Source of the DNA: Nymphaea colorata
Taxonomy: Eukaryota
Direction: 5' to 3'
Assembly: GCF_008831285.2 (NCBI RefSeq)
Contig: NC_045138.2
Location: 10,788,001-10,852,000, forward strand
Length of the DNA stretch: 64,000 bases
Each line of letters opens with the position of its first letter. Position 1 is the stretch's first letter. Both the position numbers and the translations under genes were made by a program. Positions 1-14,375 of this stretch are shown in pieces. A model generated the notes under the pieces. The model did no database searches and was not told the origin of the DNA. It saw nothing but the letters and a program-made list of their open reading frames with translations.

Positions 1-646
1 GGGTGAGATTTTGTTTGGTATGTGGGTCAACCAGCCACTTCACTATGCATTGGAGGGAGTTTGTTTTGGTCCATCCAGTGGTAGGGATGGTGGAGGGTTC
101 TGGTCCAGTGTTGGATTCTAGTGTGGGGATGGACAGTTCACACAACAGTTTGAAGGAGGGTTATGCCTCTCGTTCATGGGAATCTATTACAGGTGGAGAT
201 GAAACACAGGAACATGAAGCTTCTACTGTTGGAAGTGAAGGAGATAGGAGGCAAAAAATGTCTCTTCATTCCCAAGGCATCATACCAGGTAATGATGCAA
301 CCTTTATGCATTCAATATCCATTTTAGATCCTCCTTTCCAAAGCCTACATCTCTTCCATATTCCCCATTGGAGAGCTTGGTCTAGCATCTCTGCTGCCTG
401 CACTTATTAGATTAGATGTTGTTCTTTCTTTCATGCATTATCGTCTGATCGTTGAGTACTCTTTCTAAGAGACTTGACCAATTTTCGGTGGTCTCCGTTC
501 TGGCCTGGGGGAATGGCTGCTCTCTCTGGGATTACCAATATGTTTTTGAATACCTGAGGAGGATGTGGTATGACATCTCCACATTTAGATTCTCTTCCAT
601 TGCGAAGGGTATCTATCTGGCATCGGTGTCTTGTGAGGAGGAAGCT

Positions 647-1420
647 AGCTACATTCTGTAAACCAGGGGTTTGGAGACTAGGTGGGAGAGTATTCATTGG
701 CAATTGATGGTCGCTGATGGCAAAATTGAAGGTAGAAGCAGCAGCTACCATGTGGCTTTGGGTCCGACTCCCGAATCTCCCTTCCAATGTATGGAATTGC
801 CAGACATTTTCTGATATGGCCAGCATGATTGGAGATAGGCTGGTGGGCATTGATCAATATACTATGCGCATGGAGTTATTGGGGTTTGTTCGTATTCAGC
901 TCGAGGTTCTGCTTGTTTTCTTTCCAGTTGCAGAGATGGAGTTTGAAGTTGAAGGAGGATGCGTCCTTTTTCAAGTTATAGAATGTGAGTCCGGGGTGAG
1001 ATTTTGTTCAGTATGTGGGTCAACTAGCCACTTCACTGCTCTTTCTAGCTACATTCTGCAACCAGGGGTTTGGAGACTAGGTGGGGGAAGTATTTATTGG
1101 CAATTGGTGGTCACTGATGGCGGAATTGAAGGTATAAGCAGCAGCTACCATGTGGCTTTGGGTCCAATGTATGGAATTGCCAGACTTTTTCTGATATGGC
1201 CAGCATGGTTGGAGATAGGCTGGTGGGAATTTATCAATATAGTATGCGAGTGATTGGGGTTTGCTTGTATTCAGCTGGAGGTTCTGCTTGGTTTCTTTCC
1301 AGTTGCAGAGATGGAGCTTGAAGTTGAAGGAGGACGTGTCCTTTTTCAAGTTATAGAATGTGATTCCAGGGTGAGATTTTGTTCGATATGTGGGTCAACC
1401 AGGCACTTCACTGCGCATTG
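647..1420 (+). repeat. Tandem duplication of the LINE ORF1 segment (about 647-1038 and 1046-1420), with a third zinc-knuckle copy at 1-50
   Basis: ctagctacattctg...ccaggggtttggagactaggtggg and gttccagttgcagagatggag-type blocks recur. gggtgagattttgtt...tgtgggtcaac occurs at about 1, 993 and 1369. Confidence 0.85.
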
Positions 1421-4018
1421 CTTGGAGCTTCAAAAAAAAAAAGGGTGAGCTAGAGATCTGAGAAAGGGTTCACTAATGGGTGTCTCAAGTTAAAATTACG
1501 AAGAGGAACGAATCAAATTCCAAGCAAGGCAGAAGCAGGATGGGGGATCTTCTGACATGTTCCAAATGTTGGATGTTTTGAAGGAACAGTATGAACCTAA
1601 GGCTGCTGATGAAGTGGTCAAGCACAATCCTTGTCCAAAGTGTCCAGCGCCTCTTACTCAGGATAAGGGCCATGTTAACTGTTCGTTTCAATAGTAGTCG
1701 AAGATGAAGATGAAATGGATATCTGTGATTGTGAGGCAGAAGGTTAGATGAACCTTCAAGCTGACAGCACCGAAAGGGATTTTCAAGGAGAGAGCCTTGC
1801 CTCCTGTTGAAGGATGAAGGCATTGAGCTTGCTTCACGAGGTGATGGTTTGGGTAATGTTGACCAGAAAGGTAAGAAGTGTCCTACATCGAATAGAGGAG
1901 AGAAATAATCTCTCAAGTGCAAGGAACTTACCAATTCCAAGAAAAAGGCGAGCAAGGGTAAATTTAGCCTTGTTATTTCCAAATTGGATGCCAACCGGCC
2001 TCTGGCTAAGGAGTCGGATAGTGGATCACATCCCCTCTTGAAACCAATAGGGGGTAGGCGATGGTGCAGGTGATCCAGGAGGGGGCAGCTTGTCTTTGCA
2101 GGCATCTGAGCACAAAAATATTGTTCAGAAATCAGAAGGAAGAGGTGATGTGAAGGAGAATCAGGGTGGTGTAGTGCCAAACATGCTTTCTCAAAGTGAG
2201 CTCCTATTCATGGTTTGCTACTATAAGCCATATGTTATTGTTATGGTTGATCTGAGACTTCATCGGGAGGGCCTCTTCATATTGAAGCTCAAATTCCATG
2301 GTTATTATTTTTTGTCCAACTTGGAGGTTGAAGGTCTTTGGACCCAGATAATTGTCTTGTGGAGGGATTCTACTGTTTCCTTAATCTCAGTTCAAAATCA
2401 CAAATATTAGGTTGATTGCAAGTTCACTCTCCTTGGTGCTAATTTTTGTTTTAATGTTGTTGTTATGAACTTGGATACCAATCTTCAGATTTGTAAACAT
2501 CATTTGCTTCTATGTTGGGGAGGAAAAATCGAGCCAGGTGCCCACTATTGATGCTTGCCTTGCTTTCACGAACTTGATCAGTTATACTGAATTGCATGAA
2601 ATTTCTGATTGCAAGTCAATGTATACTTGGTCCAATTTTCGCATGAAGGCAGATGATGCAATGAGCAAGATTGGTAGATGTTTTTTAAATAAGGTATGGA
2701 TTGATAGCATTCATAGGTTAGTTTATCTCACTATGTTACCCTGCCTCTCATGTGATCATTGTGCACTAATTTCTTTTCAAAGTGCTTTTCAGTTAATCGT
2801 TCGGGTAAATATGTGTTTCGTTTTTATTCTTGTTGGTTGGACCAAGAAAAACATGTTGAAGACATCGCTAGAGTTTGGTCATCGCAGTCTGCAAGGTATT
2901 CCATGAGAAGCCTTATTTGTAAGCTTGATAATGTTAGATCGGAACCTAGGCACTGGAAATAAGCCAATGAAGAAGGCCTCAAACTCAATATTGATCACGT
3001 TAAACTAGTGGTGCAACAAATTCAGATGGATGCAGAAGCAAGGAACTTAGATGCACTTAATGTTGGAGGTATTGGTGAGGAGAATTGGACAAACTTCTCT
3101 CCATCGAGAAAGACTATTGACATCACAAATCCAGAGTGAAGTGGTTGCTGGGCAGTGATTTAACACCAAACAGTTTCATGTTGTTGCTAATAGGAAGCGA
3201 AGAAAAAAAGTGATTAATGCGGTTGAAGTTGGTGACACTGGACTAGAGGACCCTAAGCTTATTCTAGAAGCATGTACCAACCATTCTAGAGAGCTACTAT
3301 GTGTGAATGACGCTCTGGGATTTCTTCCCCAGAATATGGCTGGGGGGCCAATAGTTTCTATGGAGGACAACTCGAGACTGTTGGATCCCATTTTGACGCT
3401 GAAATCAGTTAGGTGGTGCTTAAGTCTGATAAGGATGCGACACAACTCCTAATGGATTTTCAAATATTTTCCTTCAGAAAAAATGTAACTTAATTAAGGA
3501 TGACCTATCCAAGGTGATTAGGGATTATTCAAGGTCAACTTTGACCGAGTTTGAAAATGGATGGATTCGTACTTGGGTATTTTCGGCCAGTACGGTCAAT
3601 GGAGTACACAAGGCATACCCATACCGGTATCGTACCAGTACGGTGCAGGTGCTTCTCCTTTAGAGTAGTACCCATATTACATAGGTTCTATTATTCTTTT
3701 CAATGCCTGTGTGAGGGATATGCTTTGGTTGGATAGGGTACTATGGTGGAAAATCTAAGTCACACAAGTGCGCCAAGTATGGTGCCTCACCTGCACCGAT
3801 GTGGTCAAACCAAATTGGGTGCTATGGACCACACTCATTCTTCTTTTCTCTTGTTTTTTTTTTTTTTTTCCTTCTCTTATCTTTCTCTCTTCTTTTTTCC
3901 CTCTTTTCTCTCCTCCCCCTTATCTTATTTAATAAAACTTTAAATTTTGTATGAGAATATGGTAACCTTGATAAAAAAAAAGTTTAAAAATATAGACAAA
4001 TAAAATTAGTTATATAAC

Positions 4019-4148
<130 letters not shown>

Positions 4149-5706
4149 GAAGCTTTTCCTATGAAATACCTCAGGTTCCCACTGCAGTTAGACAATTTGT
4201 CAGAAGGGCTTTTGGTGAAAGTGGAGGGCCGGCTAGCTGTATGGAAACAATGCCTTCTTTCTTATACTGGCAGTGCATGTCTCATTCAGAACATTCTGTT
4301 GTGCCTTCCCCAATATTGGTTATTAGTGCTCAAACTGCCTAAAAATTTCACTGTTCGCCTTGAAAACCTTCGTAGCAAGTTTCTTTGAGGTGATTTAGAC
4401 GTTAAGAAAGCCACACATCTTATCAAATGGAACGGAGTGTGTCTACCTAAATTGGAAGGCAGTTTGGGGTTCTGCAAAATCAGAAAGGTTAATTCCTCAT
4501 CCTTGGCCCTCCATGCGGTGAAGGCTCTTTAGGTGGACTTTCCTGGGCAGAATGTGTCCGAAGCAAATATTTAAAGCATAAGTGCATGTGGAAAGCCATT
4601 CATCAATGACAGATCGTTGGTGTGGAAAGCCGTTCATCAATGATTTTGTAAGTTGCTATTTCATTCTACTTTCGAATGCCTTGTAGAAACCTCTGCAGGT
4701 TGCTATGCTTAATGGAGACCCAGAGAGGAGGCATGTTCTTTACAAGCTTCGACCAGATGCCCTGATCTCTCTTTCATCTACTGCGTCCCAAGATAGAATA
4801 GTGCTGTTGGATGGTCCTTCTCAGCCACTCACTCAAGGCCTACTTTGGGCACACATTTGGAGTTGTAATTCATATCCTCGATCCAGCCACCCTATATCTT
4901 GGGTGTGATAATTACTTATTGGTGGATGATGGAACTCCAAAGGTTTGGCTTCCAGCTTGCTTCCAAGTGCCATTTCTGCTATACTCAGCGGGAGAGTATG
5001 GATCACAACTTCTTTGGCTGTAGACAGATTACCGGTCTTTGGAATTTCTTAGTTGGTAAATTCAGATTTTGTAAGTCACTCCTTTCTTCCCTCATCCCAG
5101 CCTTAGATGGGCCAAAAAGTTTCTAACGTTGCCATTACTAAGTGCTGGCATCTATTATTTCATCTTGTTATCTGGTGGATCTGGCTGAAAAGGAACTTGA
5201 TGCGTCATCAAGGAGAAAAGGCTACTCACAAGTCGAAGGATGAGCTCTGGCATACATGCATTCACCACTTTCTCAGGATCAGATGGGCGCCAAAGGTTCG
5301 TTGAGGCATTGAAGTTTGGTTGCAGTCTGGCATCGGATGGGCACCTTGGTCTTGGGACAGAGGCTGCTGCATATCCATTCAAGTGATGTGCAAGCAAAAG
5401 AAAAATAGGACTGGAGTGGCTGGGATAGTTTGAGAAGCATCGGGCAGTTTCGTTTTCAGCATGGTTTGCTGGTTTGCTAATCGCTGTTTATCCTTGAGCT
5501 GGGTGCTAAACCAGTGTCTGGAGTCTATCCCCTTAGGGGTGTTTGAACTTTGAACAGGTTCAGGTTTGCACCAACTTCAACTGGTGGTTGCGTTGGTGTA
5601 ACCGTGGTTCATGACTCAGTGCTGGTGCTTATGCCTTTCAGTAATATCAAGAGATGGTGGGGAATTTTGAGACCGAGGTTTAGCCAAGTCTCCATCGATC
5701 TAGTGT

Positions 5707-6009
5707 TCATAACTTTTAAGAGAGAGAGTAGAAAGAAAAGAATGCACACATATTTACATGGTTTGGATATGTATATCCTACATCCATGATAAGAACATCA
5801 CGCAGCCTTGCTTTGTTTTCTCATTATTCTCTTTATAGGTTACAATGAATATATGTAGTCGTTGGAGGAAGACCAACAAGGAAGGCATTTCCTCAATTGC
5901 ACACAAATGGCTATATGAGAAGTATATGGTAACAAGAGCTAAAAACTAACAAGATAAGAAATTATTGACAAATTTGTTTGCGTGATGTTGTAACGTCGAC
6001 TTCTCATCA
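5707..6009 (-). repeat. 3' LTR of Copia element 1
   Basis: Direct repeat of 10284-10586 with about 24 substitutions by manual count; abuts the PPT. Confidence 0.95.
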
Positions 6010-9000
6010 CTTCCCCTCAAGTGGGGCGTACAAGTCATGGCAGCCCCACTTGTTAATGGCTTCATTTAACTCTTTTCTTGATATTGCTTTGGTTAATCCA
6101 TTTTCAAGCTGTTTTGAACTTGGTGTGAAGGGAGTACTCATTTGACCATTCTAGACCTTTTCTCGTATGAAGTGACAGTCAATTTCTATATGTTTTGTCC
6201 TTTCACAGAACACGGCATTTGCTGCGATATGTATGGCCGCTTGATTATCACAAATGCATCGGTGTAGGAGAATTGAATTCTAAGCCCATTTCAGATAAAA
6301 GAGTACAAATCCAAGTAATTTCACTAGTTGTAGTGGCCATCGTCCTGTATTCTGCTTCTGCACTGGACCTAGAAGTGACTCGTTGTTTCTTACTTCGCCA
6401 AGATACTAGGTTATTGCCTACATAAATACAATATCCAATGGTGGATTTTCGATCCATGCTTCCTTCCCAATCTGCATCAGAATATGCTCTAATATTGACA
6501 TGGCTATTTCGTTTATGTAATAATACTTGGCTGGGAGACTTTTTCAAATATTTGAGAATCCGTTCAACCATGTCCCAATGTTCTTGAGTCGAATCATGCA
6601 TATGTTGACTAACAAAATTTACTGCATAGGTGATGTCGGGTTTCGTAACTGTGAGATATATAAGCTTTCCTACCAGTCGTTGATATCTTGAAATTTCTTG
6701 AGGTTCCTATTTCTCAGTAATGGCTTCTTTGTTGTTGACGACCACCTGTGTATCTACAGGACGACATCCAAGTTTTCCAGTTTCTTTGAGTAGATTAGTG
6801 ACATATTTTCTTTGTGACATAAATAGTCCTTTCCTTGATTGAGCAATCTCTATTCCCAAAAAGTATTTTAACTTTCCCAAATCCTTTATTTCGAAGGCCT
6901 TTTGAAGTAATTCTTTTGCATCCTTGATCTTGAGATTGTTGCTTCCTGTGATAATTATGTCGTCTACATAGATAAACACCAAAGTAATATTATCGTCTTT
7001 CTTACTGATAAACAAAGAGCTGTCGGCCTTACTCCTGTAGAATCCATATTGTTCAAGAGCTTTGCTCAATTTGAAAGTGCCACGCTCGAGGAGATTGTTT
7101 AAGTCCGTATATCGATTTTCGTAGCTTGCATACTGATGTAGAATTTTCTTGAGTCCATTCAGGAAGTAGCTTCATATATACTTCTTCTTGTAAGGCTCCT
7201 TGCAAAAAAGCATTTTTTACATCTAATTAAAATAGTGGCCAATCATAATTCCAAGCGATCGAGAGCAATATTCGAACAATATTCATCTTGGCTATCGGGG
7301 CAAATATTTCCTCATAATCCAATCCTTGTGTTTGAGTATACCTTTTTGCGACTAGCTTGGCCTTGTATCTTTTCACTGTTCCATCATTGTGGTATTTGAT
7401 TTTAAAAAACCATCTACAGCCAACCGCGTGTTTTCCTTCAGGCAATTGAGTAATCTCTCATGTTTGATTTTTGTTTAAGGCATCAAGCTCTTCCTGCATA
7501 GCTTTGATCCAAACAGGATTTTCTTTGGCCTCTTCATAAGATCTTGGTTCTAATTCTCTTTCTATGGTGGCCAAAAAGGCCGAGTGTTTTTCAAAAAAAT
7601 TTTTTAAACGTCACACGATTTTTGATAGGATGCATAACTGCCTTATATGTCACATAATCCTTCAAGTGCCTAGGAGGTTGAATGGTTCTTTGTGATCTTC
7701 TAGGCTCGGTGACTTCAGTTGTGCCCCTGTCAACTTCATGAGCTCCCATGTTTTCGATCAAGGTCTGCACTTGAGCTTTTTCTGATGCATTATGATAACA
7801 TTTGGTTGGTAGAAATGATAACTAAATCATCATATATGCTAATGTTTGGCAAAGTAGTCTCCCCCTATCGTCTTTCTTGATGATGGTGATTTTTGAAATA
7901 TGGCACTGACTCATCAAATTTGACATCTCTAGAGATATACATGCGCTGGTCATAAGGGTTGTAGCATCTATAGCCTTTTTTGTTGATTGAATATCCCATA
8001 AACACACACTTGCAAGCTTTGGGACTAAGTTTGTCTCGTTCAGTTTTGTCGATCATAACATATACGGTGCTACCAAACAATTTCAAATGATTGATACTGA
8101 TCTGCATCCTGTAAGGATGTGAAGAGGTGATTTTCCTCTTAGTATGCAGCTAGGGGTTTGGTTAATCAGGTAGCAAGCAGTAATAATCGCCTCGCTCCAA
8201 AACTGTTTAGGCATACAAGATTGGAAAAGTAATGAACGTGTAATTTCAAGAATATTATGATTTTTCCTCTCGACTACTCTGTTGTGTTGCGGAGTCTTTA
8301 CACATGAATATTGATGCATCATGCCACTCATATTCTCAGAATTTTCAAAAAAGCTGTTTTTAAACTCAATCCCATTGTCGGTTCTCAGGGTCTTAATACC
8401 AACATTATATTGAGTACTTACCATATTATAGTAAATCACAAATTTTTCAAAAACTTGATCCTTGGAATTGAGAAGATATAACCAAGTAACCTTAGAGAAA
8501 TCATCAATAAATGATAAATAATATTTAAAACCATTATAAGATGTTACTGGGGCAGGACCCCAAACATCAGCATGCACCAATTCAAATGATTTACTAGCAA
8601 TAGTTTCAGACAAACCAAAAGGAGGATGAGTCATTTTAGCATATTGAAAAATTTCACACACATATAAATCAAAAGTTTCATGAGGAAAAATTAACTACAA
8701 AATTCTACTGGACGGGTGGCCAAATCTGCAATGCCATAAGTGAGAATCAAATCCCGGGCTAGCAGTCATAGCAACATTATTATTTTGACTGATCACATAC
8801 ACTCCATTCTCTTCTTTTCCTTCACCAATTGTCATCTTCGTCAACCTGTCCCAAAAAATTACATTGGTGGGAGAAAAAATAACATTGCAATTTAGATCAT
8901 GTGTAATCTTAGAAACAAAGAGAAGATTGGATGCTAGATTAGGCATATAAAGAGTCTTCAATTCTTTTTAAAAAAAACTTGCTTTTCCAACTCCTACAAC

Positions 9001-10283
9001 TTTAATGGAGGTTCCATCAGCTATAGCCGCAATTCTATTTTCACTTTTATTTTCTATATCTTTCAAGTTATCGTGAAAACATAACATATGTTCAGATGCA
9101 CTTGAACCCACGATCCAAGAGTAATTTCTAGTAAGAGAGGGGTCTGAGTTCATACATGGCTGATTTCTAGGTGAAGTGAATGCCGATGCAGTAGTTACCA
9201 TGTTGGTGTGTTTCTGGCCATTCAGATTTTTAATCATCTTTGCAATAGTAGCGAGAGTAACCGCACCTTTGTCGGATTGAACCAATTGCGTTTGCAGTTT
9301 ATACAACTGTTTCAGAGGATCTCCCTTGTTGGTATGTCTGCCATGTAAATTCCAGCATTTTTCTCAAACATGTCCTTCTTTTTTGTAGTATGTACACACT
9401 AGTCGTTTGCCTCCATATCTGAACGATTGCTGAACATCCATTTTTTCTTCATGTTTTTTGCTGATCGATGCATTAAAAGCAACTTTTTCAATGTTTTCTC
9501 CACTAGTTTTAATATCAATAGTGCCACTGGTCTTCATAATCTCTCTCCTTTTTTCTTCTTGTAAGAGGATGTTACACACCAAATCTAAAGACAGCAGATC
9601 AGAGGTCATTAATATTTGGCTTCTTTCTTGTTCGTAATCTTCACCAAAACCAGCCAATAGTTTGAAAGTTCTTTCATGATCTCGCTGCCTCTTGATGTGA
9701 GCAAGATCGGTTGAAAGCGGACAATGAGGGTCCATCTCATTCCACTTCCCTTTGAGTGTAACATTATAGTTGCTCAAGGTCATATGACCTTTCTTCAACT
9801 CATAAATTTCATGAGAGAGTTTATACATGTGCGCCGTACTATATTTTTCACTATATAATTCTTTGGCAGCATTCTATATTTCTTTGGCAGTTTCAAAATA
9901 ATAAAAACTCTCAGCCATTTTAGCATCCATAGAATTCAATAACCAAGACATGACTATATGATTACCAGACTCCCACTCATCATAGTTAGGGTTATTAATG
10001 GATGGTTTTGATTTTTTTCCATTAACAAACCCAAGTTTACATTTCCCACGTAAAAACAGAGTAGCAGCTTTGGACCATGACATATAATTTAAGCCATTCA
10101 ATGGAACGTTTGTAATTTTGAGAATGGTGGTACCTGTCTCCACAACAATATGTTGTTGTGTAGAAGATCCATTAGTCGAGTTCAGTCTGTGAGAATCACT
10201 GGTTCCTTCATTGGCATCCATTGATAAATAAGAGAAACACAAACAAACTTGAAACTTTGAAGCCTTTCACTACTCTGATACCA

Positions 10284-10586
10284 TGATAACTTTTGAGAGA
10301 GAGAGTAGAAAAAAAAGAATGCACACAGATTTACATGGTTCAGATCTATAAATACTACATCCACGATAAGAACATCATGCAGCCTTGCTCTGTTTTCTCA
10401 TTATTCTCTTTACAGGTTACAATGAATATATGTAGTCGTTGGAGGAAGACCAACAAGGAAGGCGTTTCCTCAGCGGCACACAAACGGCTATATGAGAAGT
10501 ATATTGTAACAAGAGCAAAAAACTAACAAGGTAAGAAATTATTGACAAATTTGTCTGCGTGATGTTGTAATGTCGACTTCTCATCA
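10284..10586 (-). repeat. 5' LTR of Copia element 1
   Basis: TG...CA termini; abuts the Met PBS. Confidence 0.95.
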
Positions 10587-11139
10587 AGTATCATTGCTTC
10601 TTTTTCATCTTGGTGAAAGTTCATACAATGAATGGGGGCACAAAGACAGCCCATGGGTTCAGCCTTTAGTCTGAATCAAGTCTTGTCCCTAGTTTTTGCT
10701 GTTGGGGTTGTTATTTTCATGCGGTTTTCTATTTTGTGCAGTTAACGCCTAATTCCTGAGCTTCAGGACCCCAATTCTTTTTCTGTATTTAGTATGTTCT
10801 TTCTTAATAAATCTGGGTAATCCCCGAGCAGGTGTTTTCCTGGAATTTAATTTTGCTTTATTGTTCCATTGCTTGAATTTTCTCTTGAACTTGGCCTTGT
10901 AAGGCTTGTTGGTCAGGGCTCTTCCTCAATTTGAAACAAAAAATATGTTAAAAATACTCTTAATCTCTAGAACTGACATTAGAACTAAATAACATGAAGA
11001 TGTAAGGTGAATATTTTCTTTCTTAGTAGTAAGCAAATTAGCATCATATGGTACCATTGGAGACTTTAGAGATGATTGGTGCCTTTAATTTGGTTTTCAA
11101 CATAGTGCCTAGTGAATATAGCTAATGTCTTTCTTCTTC

Positions 11140-11900
11140 CATGCCCTTTCATCTTGTACTGGTCAGCTAGCCTCAAAGGAGTTGCTGGATTAACATATGA
11201 AATGCCACTGAGGTCAGTACGGACCTTTCCATGTACAAGTGATGGTGGTTTATTTTGTGCATGATACCTTTGGGTAACATTGATTAAGCCATATCTAAAT
11301 GAGCCCTGGGGTTTTGGACGAGCAGCACTAGCTGAGACATTCCAACTATCCATCACATGTGAACATCCGATATGAGAGACAGGTAGAACAAAAATAACCA
11401 TGGGGAACCAAAAACCTGGTAAATTCAGATGAATACTAGTAAGCATTTCTCTTTAATTAAGCATACCTTATTGATCTTGCTTGGTTCATTGAGAAATATT
11501 TGTTATAAAAGCCAATAGGGGAGCTTGGTAAAGAACCCTTAGAGTACTGCGAAATTGCAACACCAGTTACCCTTTGCTCGATTGTCGTGTTTACAAACCA
11601 AGCACTTGCTACAATATAATAAACACTACTGGCATTTTTATCCATGGACACCAAAAATGTATAAGATTGAATAGTTTTGTTGAGAAGTGAGATGATCCAA
11701 CCATGTGAACAAAGGAGTTGCTGGAACGGTTTGCATTTGATTTCTTAGCATGGATGAGAATAGTTGTTGGAGCTGCAAACGTGGTGTTCCAGTGGAACTT
11801 AGACCTCGTACTGTTTGAGTCATTCTTGCATTTACATATCACTAATGGTGTAGATTTGTATGGAATTTCAGTCTCCACCAATTAAGATTGTGATTTTTAT
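11140..11900 (-). pseudogene. SKU5/SKS-like monocopper (multicopper) oxidase gene fragment, two partial exons plus an intron
   Basis: Peptides NHNL..VETE, QSYTFLVSMDKNASSVYYIVASAWFVN, FSMNQARSIR | WNVSASAARPKPQGSFRYGLINVT...SGISYVNPATPLRLAD match remembered SKU5-family sequence. GT-AG intron at 11346-11466. Contains deletions and a ~165-bp foreign insert; N- and C-terminal exons are absent. Confidence 0.8.
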
Positions 11901-11910
11901 TAAAAAAAAG

Positions 11911-12190
11911 TATTACAGAAAAGTAAACATTTTCAACATAAATAGTCATTAATAAAATTAAGATTACCTCTAACGATAAGATGTAACAAACTCAAATTTG
12001 CAATGTAGATTTTCATTGTTGTAGTCAATTAACAACCAAATAATTTGTTGCTGATCATCTATTATTGGTAACAAATAGCATTTTCGTTACTAACTGTTTC
12101 AGTGTCACAACTTTTACTAACAAAGATTGTGATGGACATTTTCGTTTGTGAAAATCTTTACCAACGAAAATCTTGCGATACTAAAAGTCT
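11911..12190. mobile_element. Possible degenerate CACTA terminus with subterminal repeats
   Basis: tattacagaaaa (CACTA-like) followed by repeated ttaccaacgaaa / tttcgttactaa / tttactaacaaa type motifs in both orientations. Confidence 0.35.
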
Positions 12191-14210
12191 TCCATATTGT
12201 ATAAACCCTGATCAACATGTTTATCTAGGACATATAACATGCATTGTTCAAAACCGCCATATGGCTTCTACTGGTACATGGTAATCCCAATTGGGATGGC
12301 AGCCAATTTGGCAGGAGTGTGCATGAAGCAAAGTAGTAGTGAATGAATAGGTCGATGGTAATAAGAGAAGGTAAAGACATGGAATGGAGGCTAGGTAACA
12401 AACAAACCAATAGGATAGGGTGATTCCAACGAAAAGGAAAAAAAAAAAGAAGTCATTTAAAAAAGTCAATAAAAATATATACTTTTGAAAATTACAATTA
12501 TGCATTGGATTTAAGGCGATATCAATTTAATAAATAAAGCGGAAACTAATTGTGCTTAAGATGAATAATTATGTATCCATTGTAAATTTCATTAGTTACT
12601 GCATTCATTTCATTACATTGTCTTGAACTTGTTTATTTTTCTTAACTAACACATCTGTGGTTGATGCTTTCATTGGTTTTAACAATTTTTGTTTCGTTCT
12701 ATTAAATTTTTTATTTTTTAAATTATATATATATATATATATATTAACATAAGCATACGTGATATTGATGAAATGTAATGTAGTTTAAGGACTTCATCAT
12801 TTAATTTATTTCAAATTTTAACTTGAATATGACATTGGTTGTGATTTCTAATTTGCCAACTCATCACAGTGCAATAATGTGCCTCGATAGATCGCAATTC
12901 ACTAAGAATAAAATTTCACATGATTTAGCATGTGTTAAGGACAGATCTCACACACCCGCTTGTTTGCAGTTCAAACCTCTTATCAGTTGCTCTAATTTGT
13001 AATTGAAGAGGATAATAAAAATTTGATATTCACTAAAGAGCAGTTCCACAAATATTGTGGTAATTTCAAAAATATTGTGATATTAACATGAAAAATAAAA
13101 AAACTCAAAAAATGTCAAAGAATCACGACATTTTGGAAAAATGTGAAGATATATTTATTGAGTTTTTAACAAATTTTTCAATTTTCTCTTTTTAAAGTTA
13201 ATATCATCATGGGTTCAAATTTAAACTACTTATTTTTCATCATTAAAATATCATTTTTGTGACTTTTATCTGGTTTTATTTGTTTATTCATATTAGTTTC
13301 TAATTTATTTCATTGTAACCTTTTTTTTCTTATTTCTTTTTTCATTTTTTAAGATTTTCCAACCTTTTTTCAAGATTTTTCCAAGAAAACAGCCTCACCG
13401 AGAAACACTCGATAAAAATTTAACTGTTTGAAAACCCGAGAAAATAGACAATGCTAAAATTAATCCAAGGGAATTCAGCCGTCTTAATTTCTCTTTTTCA
13501 TGTTGGGGAAGCGTTCTTTAGGAGGCATTTGATTCATATTATACATGCATCAGCATTGGAGCGTGTTAATTTTATGGATTCCTTATGTACTAATGCAACG
13601 CATGCGCATTCCCTCCATAGTTAGCAAATTCACTGATCAGAGTTGCCAGTCACCTGAGTCAGTTAGGATTGGGTCACGAGTGAGGGTTCACCGAGACCAT
13701 CGACTAATTACATGCTATTTCTTATCGTAGATTGTTGGTTACTAAAGTTTGTTATTTTTTGAATTGTGAAATATCACAAACTTTACTAGTATACAGAAAT
13801 ATATATGCTACATGTTATTCAGTTTTAGTTGATGAAAAAAATCAAACATGGAGTCCCAGCGGGCTTATTTTCATCTATTTATAAAAAAGAAAAAAATGCA
13901 CTACAAAAATTTATGACCTAACCCAGCCTGAGTTGCCAAGTCAACTCTTTTTGCTGGTTATCAAGTCTTCAGACAATCTGAGTCTGAATCATGGGCTTGC
14001 AATTATGAATCCCACAGCTTGAGGAACACCTTGTTGGCATTTGGAGGGTTGGAACATGAAGGAATGGGCACTCCATGTTAAGAGGAGCATTCTTTCCAAA
14101 GGATGAGTCGAACATTGAACTTCATGGTTCCTTGTTCGTTCTACCAGTTCCTGCAATCTTAGGTTTTCATCCCTAGCATCCTATGAAACAATAACCAAAC
14201 ACTACCTTGA

Positions 14211-14375
14211 GGATAGTTTGACATTAGAGACACTTTGTTAGCGTTTCATGAATGAATCTGTCTTAAAGATTGGAATAAGTTTATAAAAAAATAGTTTTAG
14301 TGTCTGATGAACCTATCCCAAATTTTGGGGTAGATTCACAAGACACTCACAAAGTGTCTCTACTTCCAAACACCC
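14211..14375. mobile_element. MITE, Tourist/PIF-Harbinger-like
   Basis: Imperfect terminal inverted repeats: ggatagtttgacattagagacactttg versus the reverse complement of caaagtgtctctacttccaaacaccc. Confidence 0.55.

Larger units (their letters stand above)
5707..10586 (-). mobile_element. Full-length but decayed Ty1/Copia LTR retrotransposon
   Basis: Two 303-bp LTRs (5707-6009, 10284-10586). tRNA-iMet PBS (ctctgatacca, 10273-10283) and PPT (cttcccctcaa from 6010). 5-bp TSD agtgt/agtat. Gag (LNGLNYMSWSKA), protease (WIVGSSASEHM), GAG-pre (LWHCRFGHPS), integrase (VHADVWGP...FIDDFSK...VERKN), RT (YVDDIII) and RNase H (YSDADW...SSAEAEYR) in Copia order, broken by stops. Confidence 0.97.

Noticed and set aside
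1485..2180. 231-aa minus-strand ORF
   Set aside because: Antisense to the purine-rich LINE ORF1 tail; no motif.
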